In this document: positions 24,898 through 37,544 of the stretch, in pieces | Layout: each line of letters opens with the position of its first letter | Position numbering within the stretch: the stretch's first letter is position 1 | NCBI RefSeq assembly: GCF_004010195.1 | Contig: NC_057711.1 | Coordinates: 74,158,870-74,222,869, forward strand | Source of the DNA: Chiloscyllium plagiosum | Taxonomy: Eukaryota | Direction of reading: 5' to 3' | DNA: 64,000 nucleotides | The notes under the pieces: model-generated | What the model was told of the DNA's origin: nothing | The model's input: only the letters and a program-made list of their open reading frames with translations | Database searches by the model: none | Position numbers and translations under genes: made by a program

Positions 24898-27227
24898 AGA
24901 ACATAGAACATAGAAACGTACAGCACAGAACAGGCCCTTTGGCCCACGATGTTGTGCCGAGATTTAATCCTAATGTAAATTATAGTAACAATCTACGCAC
25001 CCCTGAACTCACTGCTATCCATGTGCATGTCCAGCAGTTGTTTAAATGTTCCCAATGACTCTGCTTCCACCACCACCGCTGGTAACACATTCCATGCATT
25101 CACAAGTCTCTGTGTAAAAAACCTACCTCTGACATCTCCTTTATATCTTCCTCCTAATATCTTCAAACTATGACTTCTCATACCAGTCAATCCTGCCCTG
25201 TGGAAAAGTCTCTGGCTATTGACTCTATCTATTCCCCTCATTATTTTGTACACCTCTATCAGTTCTCCTCTCTTCCTCCTTCTCTCCAGAGAGAAAAGTC
25301 CGAGCCTATTCAATCTTTCTTCATAAGGCAAGCCCTCCAGTCTAGGCAGCATCCTGGTAAACCTTCTTTGCACACTCTCCAAAGCCTCTGTATCTTTCCT
25401 ATAGTAGGGCGACCAGAACCGGACACAATATTCCAAGTGTGGCCTCACAATGAACTTGTAGAGCTGCAGCAAAACCTCTTGGCTCTTAAACTCTATCCCC
25501 CTGTTGATGAAAGCCAAAACACCATATGCTTTCTTAACAACCCTATCCACTTGGGTGGCAACTTTGAGGGATCTATGTACTTGCACACCCAGATCCCTCT
25601 GTTCCTCCACACTGCCAAGAATCCTGTCTTTAATCCTATATTCAGCATTCAAGTTCAACCTTCCAAAATGCAAAACTTTACATTTATCCAGGTTGAACTC
25701 CATCTGCCATTTCTCAGTCCAGCTGTGCATTCTGTCTATATCGCACTGCAGCCTGCAGTAGCCCTCTAAACAATTGACAACACCTCCAACCTTTGTGTCA
25801 TCTGCAAATTTACTAACCCACCCCTCAACCTCCTCATCCAAGTCATTTATAAAAACTACAAAGAGCAGAAGCCCAAGTACAGAGCCCTGCAGGACCACAC
25901 TCAACACTATCGTCCAGGCAGAATACGTTCCATCTACAATTACTCTCTGTCTTCTGTCAGCCAACCAATTCTGAATCCAGATAGCCAAGTCTCCCTGTAT
26001 CCCATACTTCCTGACTTTATGAATGAGTCTGCCATGGGGAATCCTATTAAATGCCTTGCTGAAATCCACATCCACTGCTCGACCGTCGTTGACCTGTCTT
26101 GACACCTCCTCAAAGAACTCAATAAGATTTGTGAGGCATGACCTGCCCCTCACAAAGCCATGCTGACAATCACACTATGCTTTGCCAAATAGTCATAAAT
26201 CCTATCCCTCAGAATTCTTTCCAAAACTTTGCTGACCACAGACGTAAGACTGACTGGTCTGTAATGGCCAGGCATTTCCCTATTACCCTTCTTGAAAAGA
26301 GGAACAACATTCGCCTCCTTCCAATCCTCCGGTACGACTCCCGTGGACAGTGAGGAGGCAAATATCCTCGCCAGCGGCTTAGCAACCTCCTTTCTCACTT
26401 CCTGGAGCAGCCTAGAATAAATCTGGTCTGGTCCTGGGTACTTATCAATCTTAATGTTTTCCAAAATTTCTAGCACATCAACTTCATCAATCTTGATCTG
26501 GTCAAGACTGTATCCCAGCTCCTCTAAGTTTTCATTTATAACAAGTTCCCTTTCCTTGGTGAAAACCAAAGCAAAAAACTCATTTAGGGCTTCCCCTATC
26601 TGCTCAGACTCCACGCACAAGTTCCCTCCGCTATCCCTGATCGGCCCTACCTTCTCCTGGATCATTCTCTTATTCCTCACGTTTGAGTAAAACGCCTTTG
26701 GGTTCTCCCTAATCCTTCTTGCCAAGCATTTTTTGTGCCCCCTTCTGGATCTCCTCAGTCCATTTCTGAGCTCCTTTCTAGCAAGCCTGTAATCCTCTAA
26801 GGCTATGCTAGATCCTTGCTTCCTCCACCTTACATACGCTGCCTTCTTCCTCTTGACGAGAAGTTCTCTGTTCTCGTCATCCAAGGTTCCTTAATCTTAC
26901 CTCTTCTTACCTGCCTCAGAGGAACAAATTTGTGCATCACTAGCAACAACTGCTCCTTAAATAGTCTCCACATGTCTGCTGTGCCCTTTCTGTGGAACAA
27001 CTGCTCCCAGTGTATACTTCCCAACTCCTGTCTGATAGCGTCATAATTTCTTTTTCTCCAATTGAATATTTTCCCTTGGTAATTGCTCCTTTCACTTTCC
27101 AAGGCTATGCTAAATGTGAGTCAGTTGTGATCTCACCCACTTAAAAACCTTCCCAGAAGTCATTCGCTCCTCCCTCGCACCTCTCGGCAAATGGAGGCCC
27201 CGACACCTGAAGTGAGTCTTTTAAACG
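24898..27227 (-). mobile_element. Relatively young CR1 LINE with an open RT region
   Basis: ORF 24993-26153 (386 aa) reads GRSCLTNLIEFFEEV, DFSKAF, QGSVLG, SKFADDTKVGG. The frameshifted upstream ORFs are 26150-26884 (PGPDQIY, VPEDWKEANVVPLFKKG, YRPVSLTSVVSKVLE) and 26830-27102. The tail is (ctatgtt)n. Confidence 0.95.
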
Positions 27228-27379
27228 GTGATGGAATAATGACTGAACAAAGGAGCCCACTTGATTGGCACAAAATCCATTTTCTCGTATCTACTGCAGA
27301 GATTCGCCAAGGCTCCTTAGATGGCACCTTTCAAATATACAACCATTTCCATCTAGAAGGACAGGGCAGCAGATACATT

Positions 27380-28960
27380 TATTCATTCGTGGAATGTGGC
27401 ATTGCTGGCTGGGCTGTACTTATTGCCTGTCCCTAATTGCCCTTGAGAAGCTGGTGGTGAGCTAAATTCTTGAACCGCTGCCATCCATGAGTGTGAGTTG
27501 ACTCACAATGCCCATAGGCTTTTGAACCAATGACAATGAAGGAATGGAAATATGTTTCCAAGTCAGTATGGTGAGTGGCTTGGAGGTGGGTGTGTTCCAA
27601 TATATCTGCTGCCAATGTCTTTCTACATGGAAGTAGTCATGGGTTTGGAGGTCTGAGGATCTTTGCTGAATTTCTGCATTGCATCTAAAAGCTAGTACAC
27701 ACTGTTGCTACTGTGTGTTGGTGGTGGATGGAGTGGATGTTTGTGGCTGTGGTGCCTTTCAAGTGGGCTGCTTTGTCCTGGATTGGTCAAGCTTCTTGAG
27801 TATCATTGGAGCTTCTCCGATCCAGACAAGTGGGGAGCATTCCACCACATTCCTGATGTGCCTTGTAGATGAATATTCCTTCATACTCCTGACTTCTGCC
27901 ACATAGATGGTGGACATTCTTTAAGGAGTCAGGAGGTGAGTTACTCACTGCAGGTATACCAATCTCTGACCTGATCTTATTGCCACAGTATTTATATGGT
28001 TAGTTCAGTTCAGTTTCTGGTCAATGGTAACCCAAAGATGTTTACAGGAGTCAGAGGTGAGTTACTCACCACATTCCTAGCCTCTGTTCTGCTCATGTAG
28101 CCACTGTGCTTATGTGATGAGTCCAGTTCAGTTTCTGGTCAATAGTAACATCAAGGATACTGATTGTTGGGGATTCAGTGATGCTAACACCATTGAATGG
28201 CAAGGGGATGTGGTTAGATTGTCTTATGATAATGATAGTCTTTGCTTGGCCTCTGAGTAACGTCAATGTTTTTTTCCACTTGTCAGTCCAGTCCAAGCCT
28301 GGGTGTTGTCCAGATCTTGTTGCATTTGAACCTGGACTGCTTCAGTTTCTGAGGATCTGCAAATGGTGTTGAGAGTGTGGTGCTGGAAAAGCACAGGCAT
28401 CCGAGGAGCAGGAGAATCGATGTTTCAGACATAAGCCTATGCCCGAAACATCGATTCTCATGCTCCTTGGATGCTGCCTGACCTGCTGTGCTTTTCTAGC
28501 GCCACATTCTCGACTCTGACTCTGCGGTCCTCACCTTCTCCTCCGATCTGCAAATGATGCTGAACATCAGCAAATGTGGAGGGTAGGTCATTGATTAATC
28601 AGCTGAAAATGTTTGTGCCTAGAGTACTAACCTGAGGAACACTTCCAAAGATGCCCTGGAGCTGAGATGACTGACCTCCAACAACGATAACCATCTTCCT
28701 ATGTGTCAGGAATGACTCCAACCAGCAGGACGTTTGCCCCCTCATACCCATTGATTCCAGTTTTGCCAGAGCCCCTTGATACCATACTCAGTCAGATGCA
28801 ACCTTGATATCAAGGGCTGTCACTCTCACTTTATCTATGGAATTCAGCTCTTTTATCCATGTTTGAACCAAGGCCATAATGGGCTAAGCTGGCGGAATCC
28901 AAACTGGGCATCACTGAGGAGGTGCTGCTTGATAGCACTGTTAAGGCACTTTCCATCCAG
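27380..28960 (-). mobile_element. Decayed second non-LTR LINE family, reverse orientation, with internal duplications
   Basis: Minus ORFs read SITESPTISILDVTIDQKLNWTHHI and HGWQRFKNLAHHQLLKGN, and the 3' UTR is at about 27380. Confidence 0.65.
28369..28544. mobile_element. Fold-back family-A mini-element, core partly deleted
   Basis: It has inverted arms with tatgcccgaaacatcgattctc. The TSD is gatctgcaaatg(g/a)tg at 28354-28368 and 28545-28559. Confidence 0.8.
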
Positions 28961-29667
28961 GCTTGAGTTGACAGATGACAAACTACATTCAGACTATTCA
29001 AGTGCCAGGTATTTACCATCTCCAAGGGAGAATCTAACAATTGCCCTTTGTCATTCAATGGCATTACCATTGCTAAATTCCCCACTGTAAACATCTGGGG
29101 TTACCATTGACCAGAAACTGAACTGGACTAGCTATATAAAGACTGTGGCAACAAGAGCAAGTCAGAGACTGGTATACCTGCAGTGAGTAACTCACCTCCT
29201 GACTCCTGAAAGAATGTCCACCATCTAAGTGGCACAAGTCAGGAGTATGATGGAATAACGATGGAACAAAGGAGTCCACTTGATTGGCACAAACATCCAT
29301 TCTCTCCTATCTACTGCAGAGATTCGCCAAGGCTCCTTAGATGGCACCTTTCAAATGTACAACCCCTACCACCTAGAAGGACAAGATGATCAAGAGTAAA
29401 CTGATAGGTTGGTAATTTGCTAGGCTGGATTTATCTTGCTTTTTGCATTCAGGCCATACCTGGGCAATTTTCCACACTGTCGGCTAAATGCCAAGTTCCT
29501 TCCCTGAAGGGCATTCATGAGTCAGATGAGTTTCTCCCCCAACAATTGTAGATTCTTTATTCAAGATTTTTAAAATTAAATTCAAATTTATCTACAATGG
29601 CAGGATTTGAACCTGGATTTCCAAAACATTAGCTGAGTTCTTGAATCCTAGTGATAATACCACGAGG

Positions 29668-29870
29668 TGAAAATGTGTTGCTGGAGAAGCGCAGCAAGTC
29701 AGGCAGCATTCAGGGAACAGGAGAATCGACGTTTTGGGCATAAGCCCTTCTTCAGGCTTATGCCCGAAACGTCGATTCTCCTGTTCCCTGGATGCTGCCT
29801 AACCTGCTGCGCTTCTCCAGCAACACATTTTCAGCTCTGATCTCCAGCATCTGCAGACCTCACTTTCTCC
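29668..29870. mobile_element. Fold-back family-A mini-element inserted in a tRNA-SINE head
   Basis: It has inverted arms with a minus-strand core (gacgttttgggcataagcccttcttcag). The 14-bp TSD ataataccacgagg is at 29654-29667 and 29871-29884. Confidence 0.85.
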
Positions 29871-30884
29871 ATAATACCACGAGGCCATTAGCTCCCCATG
29901 GGAACATAGAAACACCAACACCTACAAGTTGTTTTCTGAAATATATTCCTGTTTCTTTAGTTACACTTCGTAAAATCATGTAACATGCTCCCTAACAGCA
30001 CTGAGATTGTACCGCCATCAAAAAGACGACAACAGTTCAAGAAGACTGCTGACTACCACCTTCTCACGCAACTAATAGTGGGTAATAAATGCAGGCACAG
30101 TCGGCCAAACCCAAAATCTCTTTGTTGAGTAATAAAACAAAATCATATATAATATTTAAAGAATTGAAAATTATATTTTATTATAAAGAAATAAAACAAA
30201 GTTATATTTATTCATTATTTCCTGTATTCTTACTATGTTCCAGAGCACTTCATAGACAATGAAGTAATTCTTGCAATGTTATCACTTTTTAGGTAACAAC
30301 CAACCCATTTTGCATAGCAAGGCCCCACCAACAGTGAAATAAATGATAAGTTAGTTTGTTTTCAGTACTGGTAGGTATGGGGTGAATGTTGATCATAACA
30401 TCTCACTTGAGTAAAGCAAAAAGTAGCATCCTGTTCAATGAATTATTTACAACTGAGAAATGGTATGAGCATACTTTTGGGAAACAGAACTGATATCTCA
30501 TCAACACCCTGCAGTTGCACTGAGATACCTATTTGACATATTGTTCCATACTGTTGCAGCAGTATTATGAAGAGAAGGCAATCAATATGATCTGAAGTAT
30601 TTCACAATGTTTCCTAATACATTTTTGCACTCTTTTATCAAGTCTGAAAACTTAAAAATGGAATGCATTAACTGTCACACAAGTGATCGCAATAAATTGG
30701 TAAAGCTAAAATATTAAGTTTACACTGTGTTTGTTTTTAGTTCAATTTTTCTTATGTCATTATATTTATTAATTTTCACTTATACAATGCAGCAATCAAA
30801 GATAAATATTTTCAATATGTGTTGCTAGTTCCACAGAGATTAATTTTAATTTGGAGAATAACAATTTACTCAAAGAACACCCTC

Positions 30885-31215
30885 CAAAGTGCTTTACAAA
30901 TAACAATTACTTTTGAAGTGTAGTCATTGTTAAGTGGTGAATTTGCATACAGAGTAATTTTGTTGCCTTTGGTTGAAGGAAGAATATTGGTCAGCACACG
31001 AGGGACAAAGCTTATCTCTTTTGCTAATGGGGCTCAAGGATACTTTAAGTCTACCTGAGCAAACAAAACCAGGATTCAATTTAACACTGCATTTGAAAGA
31101 CAGGAGTTTTCCTCAATGCATCACTGCACTGAAGTAGCACCGATAATTCTTAGTTTAAGTCCATACTGGGGCTTGAACCTATAATTTTCTGTCTCTGAGT
31201 CAGATATGCTGCCAA
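30885..31215 (-). mobile_element. Ancient DeuSINE/SacSINE1-like relic
   Basis: It contains caaagtgctttac...ttacttttgaagtgtagtcattgt and gggcttgaacc...tctgagtcag. Related relics lie near 30240-30530, 34270-34440, 51390-51770 and 55880-56650. The family name is from memory. Confidence 0.5.
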
Positions 31216-32228
31216 TGTTAAATAGAAAAGCAGTGCTGAAAGTGTGAACCAAGTTAACATTCCAGATAAAGTTATAATAAAAACATAAGTGACAATGTGT
31301 TGGCGTATTCTGCATGGACTGCTGACTTACACGAATGGAGAATCAATTTGATAGGTTTGGGTTCCATTACTAGAATTCAGTAGCATATGCACAGGTTTTA
31401 TTATTGCCTCAAAATTTACTTCACTGGATCTACTTCCCACATTGAAGTCTCCACCTATTCTTTCTGATCTACTCTGCACCACCTACAATGAATGTTGAAC
31501 AATTCCATGTTGTTTACTGCAGGATGACACTGGTTTTTGAAATATTGATTTGTGCAGTAAGTTTGTGCTGTACAAACTCAATTTTAACACAAATCTGCAG
31601 CTAAAATATTGTTGTGGCCATGAGCTGCCAACTTCTGCTTAACACAATCTATTCTGCATGTGGCCTCCATTTGACCTTGCCAATGGGTGCCAAGGATTTG
31701 CAAGAAATTCCAGACAGAGGCAAGGCATTGTGCTTGTACTTCTCAGGCCTGGTGCGCACTTAGTTTGGCTCAGCAACCATGTTTTTCAGAATTGGATACA
31801 CCTCTATGGCCATATATGAGGGCTTAATGGTCTCCATTCACAAAAGAGGTTTGTTTTTGGAGTTATGGTGCTTGTATAATTAAGGTGACGCTTCAGCCAA
31901 GATTTTCTGGGCCCTTTGTGGAAGTCTCAGATGTGGGATTATGGGACATAAAATTGGGTCCTTTGCAGATTTTTAAAGGTGAAGAACTGAGGCTTGATAG
32001 GAAGACTAGCGCAGTGTACAGAAGGATCCATCTCCTTTAGGTGGTGGATCTTCAGGTTCCAGGACTTTGTGGATATGCTGACTGTTTGTTTGGCACACAC
32101 GTATTTAAAGAGAGTGTGTATGGGGTTTGGATAGTTAGAGGGGAAAGAAAAAATGGCAGATTGTCTTATGAGGAAAGGTTGGACAGCCTTGTCTTGAAAA
32201 TTCAGACATGCCATTATTGATTCCAAGA

Positions 32229-32398
32229 TTAAAAATCACACAACACCAAGTTATAGTCCACCAAGTTATTGACAATCACCTGATGAAGGAGCGTCGCTCC
32301 GAAAGCTAGTGTGCTTCCAATTAAACTTGTTGGACTATAACCTGGTGTTGTGTGATTTTTAACTTTGTACACCCCAGTCCAACACCGGCATCTCCGAA
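32229..32398. mobile_element. Family-B fold-back PLE mini-element inside a decayed CR1
   Basis: aaaaatcacacaacaccaagttatagtcca is inverted against tggactataacctggtgttgtgtgattttt, followed by the tail aactttgtacaccccagtccaacaccggcatctcc. Confidence 0.8.
32277..32311 (+). ncRNA. Minimal type I hammerhead ribozyme motif
   Basis: CAC-CUGAUGA-a-GGAGC(guc)GCUCC-GAAA-GC-UA-GUG gives stem I CAC/GUG, a 5-bp stem II and a palindromic AGCU stem III. The predicted cut is after A32308. Confidence 0.75.
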
Positions 32399-32549
32399 TC
32401 AGGATTCTGAGACATCTTGACAGGGTAGATGCAGAATGGATATTTCACTTTGTGGGAGAATTTAGAACTGAGGTCACTGTTTAAAAATAAGAGGTCACCC
32501 ATTTAAAACAAAATAAGCAATTTATTTTCTTGCAGATGGTTGTGAGTTG

Positions 32550-32866
32550 ATTAGATTAGATTCCCTATAGAGTGGAAACAAGCCCTTCGACCCAACAAGT
32601 CCACACCGACCCTCTGAAGAGCAACCCATCCAGACCCATTCCTCTGACTATTGCACCTAACACTACGGGCAATTTGGCATGGCCAATTCACCTAACCTGC
32701 ACATCTTTGGACTGTGGGAAGAAACCGGAACATCCGGAGGAAACCCACACAGACACGGGGAGAATGTGCAAACTCCACACAAACAGTGGCCCGAGGCTGG
32801 AATTGAATCAGGGTCCCTGGCGCTGTGAGGCAGCAGTGCTAAACAACTGAGGCACCGTGCCGCCCT
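32550..32866 (-). mobile_element. HE1-type tRNA-derived SINE, full length
   Basis: The reverse-complement head GGCGGCACGGTGCCTCAGTTGTTTAGCACTGCTGCCTCACAGCGCCAGGGACCC...GATTCAATTCC has A/B-box-like motifs. It has a CR1-like tail with (tctaa)n and the TSD tgagttg at 32543-32549 and 32867-32873. Confidence 0.85.
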
Positions 32867-33062
32867 TGAGTTGTTGGAACCCTCTCCCTGAAAAGGTGGT
32901 GGAAGCAAAGTCTTTGAATATTTTTAAGGCAAAGTTGGATAAATTCATGGTGAGAAAAGAGTGAACAGTTGTCTAGGGGTAGGTAGAAATGTGGATTTGA
33001 AGTTATAATCTGTTCAGCTGTGATCTTACTGAATAGTGGAACATGCTTGAGGGGCCAAGTGT

Positions 33063-33404
33063 TTTTTATTCATGCACAAGATGTAGGCAGTGCTGACTAG
33101 GCCAGCATTTATTGCCCATCCTTAGTTGCCCAGAGGAAAATTGTGTTAACCACATTGCTGTGGATCTGGGGTCACATGTCAGCCAGACCAGGCAGTTTCC
33201 TTACCTAAAGGGGATCAGTGAACCAGATGGGTTTTTCCGACAATCAGCAATGGTTTCATGGTAATCATTAGATTCTTATTCCCAGATTTATTGGATTCAA
33301 ACTCCTCCATCTGCTGTGGCAGAATTCGAACCTGGGGGTCTCCAGAACATTATCTGGGTCTCTAAATTAACAGTCCAATGATAATACCACTAAGTCATCG
33401 CCTC
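33063..33404 (-). mobile_element. Second tRNA-derived SINE whose 3' tail matches the second LINE family
   Basis: The reverse-complement head is GGAGGCGATGACTTAGTGGTATTATC...GGTTCGAATTCTGCCACAGC. The tail gggcaataaatgctggcctag...catgaataaaaaaa is shared with the LINE ends at about 21610 and 27385. Confidence 0.7.
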
Positions 33405-33467
33405 CTGTACTGCTGCTTCTTTTTTGTATGTTCAGATGCATCATGAACAACTAACTTCAAGTAAGTA

Positions 33468-33568
33468 ATCAAAAATCACACATCACCAGGTTATAGTCCA
33501 ACCTATAACCTGGTGTTGTATGATTTTTAATTTTGTCTACCCCAGTCCAACACCAGCATCTCCAATTT
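33468..33568. mobile_element. Smallest family-B fold-back (no ribozyme core)
   Basis: aaaaatcacacatcaccaggttatag is inverted against ctataacctggtgttgtatgattttt, followed by the tail. The TSD aagtaagta is at 33459-33467 and 33569-33577. Confidence 0.7.
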
Positions 33569-35169
33569 AAGTAAGTAGTGATTTCCTTTTTAAAGATTTA
33601 AGAATTTCCCAAACTGAGCAGGTTTTGCTTGTCCAAATCAACTTTTCTCTCTTTGCTAAATGATCATTCTGTAAAAGAAAATGAATAATGTTTTTCATAT
33701 GAAATGTGAGTTATTATTAACTTCTTAAACCTTCTTGTTTTCATACAGTTGATCAAAAAAACTTGTACATTGAGCAAAGACACAATTCATCATTTGTATT
33801 GAGAAATGTAGACAGACTTTCTGAAAAGAATAATTATTCATGCTTCTAAATATGAACACAATGTACAGCTGGCGTGCTCACTTACTAATTCTTTACACTA
33901 GGAATTGGTCAAGCTTATTTTTGAGGTTGTGAATGAGCAACTTGCTGCCAGTCATGAAAATTTCTATTGTGAGCATCTGGTGAGAATGATCAAATTTTAA
34001 TAAAATAAATCACAAATTGCATGAAAGGGATAGTACCTATGACACTTTTCATTCCCTCCTCTGATCCAATGCACTATATAGACATTCAGTTGTTTTTAAA
34101 ATCTGACTTTTGTGTAAAATTAACTGTTGATTTTTGATGCGAGGGCCCTCAAGTTGCTAATATGAGAGGAAAAACTTTTTAGATTACCTTTTTTTCTTTA
34201 GTGTCTTCGGAATATTTTTTTTTATTCTTCTGAACAAATAGATTGGAATTCGGTTGATCAGATTTTCTGAATTCTGACATCCCTTCCACTGAAGCACAAT
34301 GTGTTCTTATGCTGAAGTGCCTTGTGATTATATTCCTAGATTTAGACTTGAAGTTATAGCCTCTGGGCTCAGAGATGCGAGTTATCAGCCAAGCGGCCAC
34401 CACACTACAAGATTGGAATTTGCATGTGCTCTTTTGCAAATAAGATATTAATATTTCGGAAACTCAGCAAATAATTTGGACTAAGTTATGAAACATATCA
34501 ATCCTATTGTTATGGGTGAGCAAACACTGAACAGAATCTTGAGCCTCCTTGTGAGTTTGGTGATGTGTGCATTTAATGAGGAGAGGACCCCACCAACATC
34601 TGGACTGTACTCCCTTTAAGGGGGTTTTTCCTGCCTATTGCCAATTGGGGCCCATCAGTGGACAATTACTGCTGACTTAAGGCTTTGTGTTGCTACATTT
34701 TGGGGAGCAAACAAGTGAACCCAGGGGATGGGTCCTTTATCCAAAAGCCTGATTGAGGAATATGGCATTGGAAAATAGGTGCCTACTGAAAGACCCTCCC
34801 CAATGTTGCTGCTAACCCCCAGCCTGGCCCTTCCCTGCCATTGTCTTTGATTGACCAGGAGCTCTTGATAGATGCGACCACCACCAGGGTAGTTGATGAA
34901 CTGAAGAAGCACACCACTGGCCTCTGTGTGCAACAAGATGCAAAAGGCCTACCTGAAAAAAGGTTACAAGAAGGGGTCTCTTACCATCTTTCCAGCTGGC
35001 AGTCATCACTCACTGCCTCTGTGGAGCAACTACAGATAGGTGATACATACAGTTTTGCCATCACCTGAATTACTGAAGAAAATGCTGATCACACAGTGTT
35101 CCAGTTGCAAGTTCCAGGGAATCGTTGGCTTTTGTACTGGTTTTGGAAAAATTGTACACTACATTTTGT

Positions 35170-35823
35170 ACACTGCCAAGTCCTAAACTATGAAAGTAAC
35201 CACCCCAACACACACAAACAAAGCTGCATCAGGACACTATTCAAAAGGGCCACAACACACTGCAGTACACCAGAACTGCAAAAAGAAGAAGAGGAACACC
35301 TATACAAGGTATTCGCCAAAAACGGATACCCGCGCAACTTCATCANNNNNNNNNNNNNNNNGTAGTGTACAAAATCCCATGCAAGGACTGCACTAAACAC
35401 TATATAGGACAAACAGGAAGACAGCTAACTATCCGCATACATGAACATCAACTAGCCACGAAACGACACGACCAGCTATCCTTGGTAGCCACACATGCAG
35501 ACAACAAGCAACATGAATTTGACTGGGACAACACTACTATCATAGGGCAAGCCAGACAGAGAACAGCCAGGGAATTCCTAGAGGCACGGCATTCATCCAC
35601 AAACTCCATCAACAAACACATCGACCTGGACCCAATATACCAACCACTACAGCGGACGGCTGAAACTGACAACCGGAAGCGGCAGGGACAGACCACTATA
35701 AACACCGGAGGAAACATCAAAGAAGCGTTTCGCAGGAGGCTCCCAAGCACTGATGATGTCGCCTAGCCAGGGAACGAAACGTTTGCAACAAAAACTTCCA
35801 GCTCAGCGAACAGAACCACAACA
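35170..35823 (+). mobile_element. Penelope-like (Poseidon-type) element 3' part with GIY-YIG endonuclease
   Basis: It reads LNYESNHPNTHKQSCIRTLFKRA...KNGYPRNFI, then after the N gap VYKIPCKDCTKHYIGQTGRQLTIRIHEHQ...REFLEA, followed by a hammerhead. Confidence 0.9.
35747..35786 (+). ncRNA. Minimal hammerhead ribozyme motif in the Poseidon-type pLTR
   Basis: GCA-CUGAUGA-ugucgccuagccagggaac-GAAA-CG-UU-UGC gives stem I GCA/UGC, an ACGU palindrome and an imperfect stem II. Confidence 0.6.
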
Positions 35824-37544
35824 ATAGGAGGTGTATTTCGATATTTTTAATTTAAGCCAGGAGATTTTGAATTATTCAGTGTGGGCAAGGTCTTATCTAT
35901 TGACCTTTTCCTCTTGCCCTAAGAGGATGGTGGTTGTTGGAAGTCCTTTTCTTTGGAACTTTGCCAACCTTGTGATGAAGGTGCTTCCTATGTGCAGAAT
36001 TTTCTGAGTGCCTGACGGGTGGATTTATGGGGAGGTGAGGTATAGAGCGAGGAAAATTGTATTAAAAAGAGAACGGATCAGCTCCAGTATGAGCACTTGA
36101 TGTTTTGCCCAGAGGCAGACACATAACAATGATAACAGCTCACTCGGCAGCAACAGCAAAGCACTCCAGCTTGTTAAGTAGCCACTTAAAAGCAATTGTT
36201 GCAGCACAGCTCTGGTTTTGGCAGCACCACACAAATTTCTACCCCAATTTAGTCGGTGCAGTGGAAAGTCAAGATTGAGTTACCGCTGAAGGATATTTCT
36301 GGCAGAAAGCTGAGTCTCAGCTGGTCCCCTTCTACTGATGGTGGCTCCAGAGCTATTCTGCTTCTCCTCTGCCCAGGCCTTAGCACTGCTACCAGTGGTA
36401 ACACAACGAGGGCTGACAGCTTCCTTGCAATGGGCCCATGTTCATCAGCTCCTTACTTCAGGAGAATCCGCTTGGGGACCATGGAGGCCATCTAAGTAGC
36501 CACCTCCTATAATATTCAGCCAGAAGATGTGCTCCCTCATTGACTGGTTTCACAATCCAGAAATGATCCAGATGAGAGGTTCCCAAAGCTGATGGTATAT
36601 TTCAGCCCTCTCTCTGAGCTTAGTGAGTATGAGAATGAGCATGACAGTGGAGGGAATTTCCAGTCCAGCTTTCAGTGAATACTCATATATGTTCACTGAA
36701 ATCAGCTAATTCAAAATGGAGTGTGACTTGAATTCAGGACTATCTAGTCTGGCAATCTGGGTTTCATATTGGGCACTGCTCTTATGAACTGCAAGATTAA
36801 GAAATGCAAGTTCAAATTTATAGTAGTAACTAATGAAAGCATAGCAAATGTGATGCAAATGATCACTTAGCCTCTCTTTTTATAGCATTGTCAGCCCATG
36901 TACTTTAAAATAATACATCTATATTCTGTTAATCACATTTAAGTATATTATGCAGTAAATTACTTTTAAGGTCCAGTTACTACTGTTATGCAGGAAAAAC
37001 ATAACTCCACTGAGATAGATCAGTAATCCCAATCAAAAATCAACAAGAAGAAATTACTAGCTCGCTCTCTAGCCAAAACACTCAAGCAATCATTACTGGA
37101 AAATCATATTTAGTTTTATAGTGGACTTAATGTTGATTACATGAGGCAGTACCACTAGATGGAGATAAATATATGTAGCCTATATTTAATTTATAAATAA
37201 ACAAATTGTATATATCAATCACCTTTTATGTTCATAAAGCACAGCGTCTTATTAAATAATAAATATCATTTCTTCTTGCCTACAATAACAGTGAGATTAA
37301 ATTGAGATCATTTAAATTCAGGTCAAAAATAAATACATATCAAAATAACTTCAAGGTTTCTAAAAAAAAAGGTGGTACTTTACCAAGTCTTTTAGGCAAC
37401 TGATGTGCCTTTTACTTAAATGTTGGTTTGACCTTAAGGTTTGATGAAATCTTGTGATGTTCTCATTGATTTTATGATTTATTTATGATCCATGCTTTTC
37501 ATCATCATTTTATTGGTTGTATTTTGAAACCAGTAGCTTTGAAC

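Noticed and set aside
25170..25974. Plus-strand ORFs (199, 85 and 66 aa)
   Set aside because: They are antisense shadows of the CR1 RT ORF.
24993..26153. 386-aa RT ORF as a host gene or a retron/DGR-type system
   Set aside because: It is a CR1 ORF2 fragment with upstream frameshifts, a small deletion (AVDVDFSKAF), a LINE tail and many decayed paralogues in the window.
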